Part shown: positions 63,511 through 64,000 of the stretch, piece by piece | Layout of the letters: every line of letters begins with the position of its first letter | Position numbering within the stretch: position 1 is the first letter of the stretch | Virus record (IMG/VR): IMGVR_UViG_3300028591_000106 | Coordinates: 64,001 to 128,000 of that record | DNA from: a virus | Taxonomy: Duplodnaviria > Caudoviricetes | Strand: one strand, 5' to 3' | Length of the DNA stretch: 64,000 nt | The notes under the pieces: generated by a model | Told to the model about the DNA's origin: nothing | Seen by the model: the letters and a program-made list of their open reading frames with translations, nothing else | Database searches by the model: none | Position numbers and translations under genes: made by a program

Positions 63511-64000
63511 GAAACATGAAAAAGAATTTCAAGAGAAATATATCGAGACATGGTACGATTTACGATATCAGTACTACCGTGATAGCTCTGGTGATCGTAT
63601 TCCACAGCTTGCTGATAATTGCTATGATCGTAGAGATTTCGTTTCATTGAATGATGCCGGCGAAGTAATTGGCTTTATCAGCTATTTCTTCAATGATGTA
63701 AATTCAACAGCTTGTCAGTTCGGTATCATTAGTTTTGATATGGGCAACCGTGATTTTACAAAAGATGTTCTTCAGGTTATTGCAGATATATTCTTCAAAT
63801 TCCATCTTGATCGTATTGAGTTTTGGTGCTTTGATGACAATCCTGCGACCAATGGATATCGTGCTTTTATCAAGAGGTTCGGCGGCAGAGAGGTTGGACA
63901 TTTACGGAGATCTTGCAAGTTAATGGACGGAAACTTCCATGATTCTGTTATCTTCGAGATCTTGCGTGAAGATTTGAGAATGCGTCTTATGAGTCCAATA
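63494..64000 (+). CDS. GNAT (RimJ/RimL-like) acetyltransferase, runs off the window
   Basis: EVIGFISY, F.KF.L.RIEF....DNPA...Y....KRFGG..VG.LR....DG..HD....EIL; open to the window end. Confidence 0.7.
   Translation, partial: MLDIAKKHEKEFQEKYIETWYDLRYQYYRDSSGDRIPQLADNCYDRRDFVSLNDAGEVIGFISYFFNDVNSTACQFGIISFDMGNRDFTKDVLQVIADIFFKFHLDRIEFWCFDDNPATNGYRAFIKRFGGREVGHLRRSCKLMDGNFHDSVIFEILREDLRMRLMSPI

Noticed and set aside
1-64000. TAG as pyrrolysine or another amino acid
   Set aside because: The conserved-site evidence (ThyX, NrdG, TrxB, collagen and lysin repeats) points to Gln, and no pyl genes are present.

Overview
A 64-kb internal segment of a large, AT-rich dsDNA bacteriophage. The host is most likely an anaerobic Firmicute (clostridial or Ruminococcus-like), judged from the sigma70/sigmaA promoters, GGAGG ribosome-binding sites, class III RNR, GH25 lysin with ChW-like repeats and HPr homologue. 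The phage reads TAG as glutamine (genetic code 15), so the supplied ORF track fragments many genes. With TAG=Gln the window is almost fully coding. Bases 1-19.7 kb are a minus-strand replication and nucleotide-metabolism arm: PIN/PhoH, AAA ATPase, SSB-like protein, type II topoisomerase A/B, TrxB, NrdG/NrdD/NrdH, RNase H, DNA ligase and dNMP kinase. Bases 19.7-38.4 kb are a plus-strand, TAG-rich tail-fibre and lysis block that includes a GH113 glycoside hydrolase and two large paralogous proteins. Bases 38.4-64 kb are plus-strand accessory genes, many of them TAG-free: UvrD-like helicases, ThyX, a membrane-anchored GIY-YIG nuclease, RNA ligase, SPFH, vWA plus a PurA-like enzyme, Pnk-HD, tRNA-Leu and a DUF2828 Ro60/TROVE-like protein. 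The best candidate for an undescribed system is a promoter-driven non-coding transcript at about 58.9-59.4 kb. It carries three stem-loops whose stems differ in sequence but which share an ACAGC(A/T)A motif, one of them enclosing a ~215-nt structured RNA, plus a tRNA. It lies directly upstream of the Ro60/TROVE-like gene and near RNA-repair enzymes. Several apparent pseudo-enzymes (HPr, Dam-like, phosphoesterase) and a strand-biased GCGGC motif are also notable. All calls come from manual reading and motif recognition. No database searches were run.
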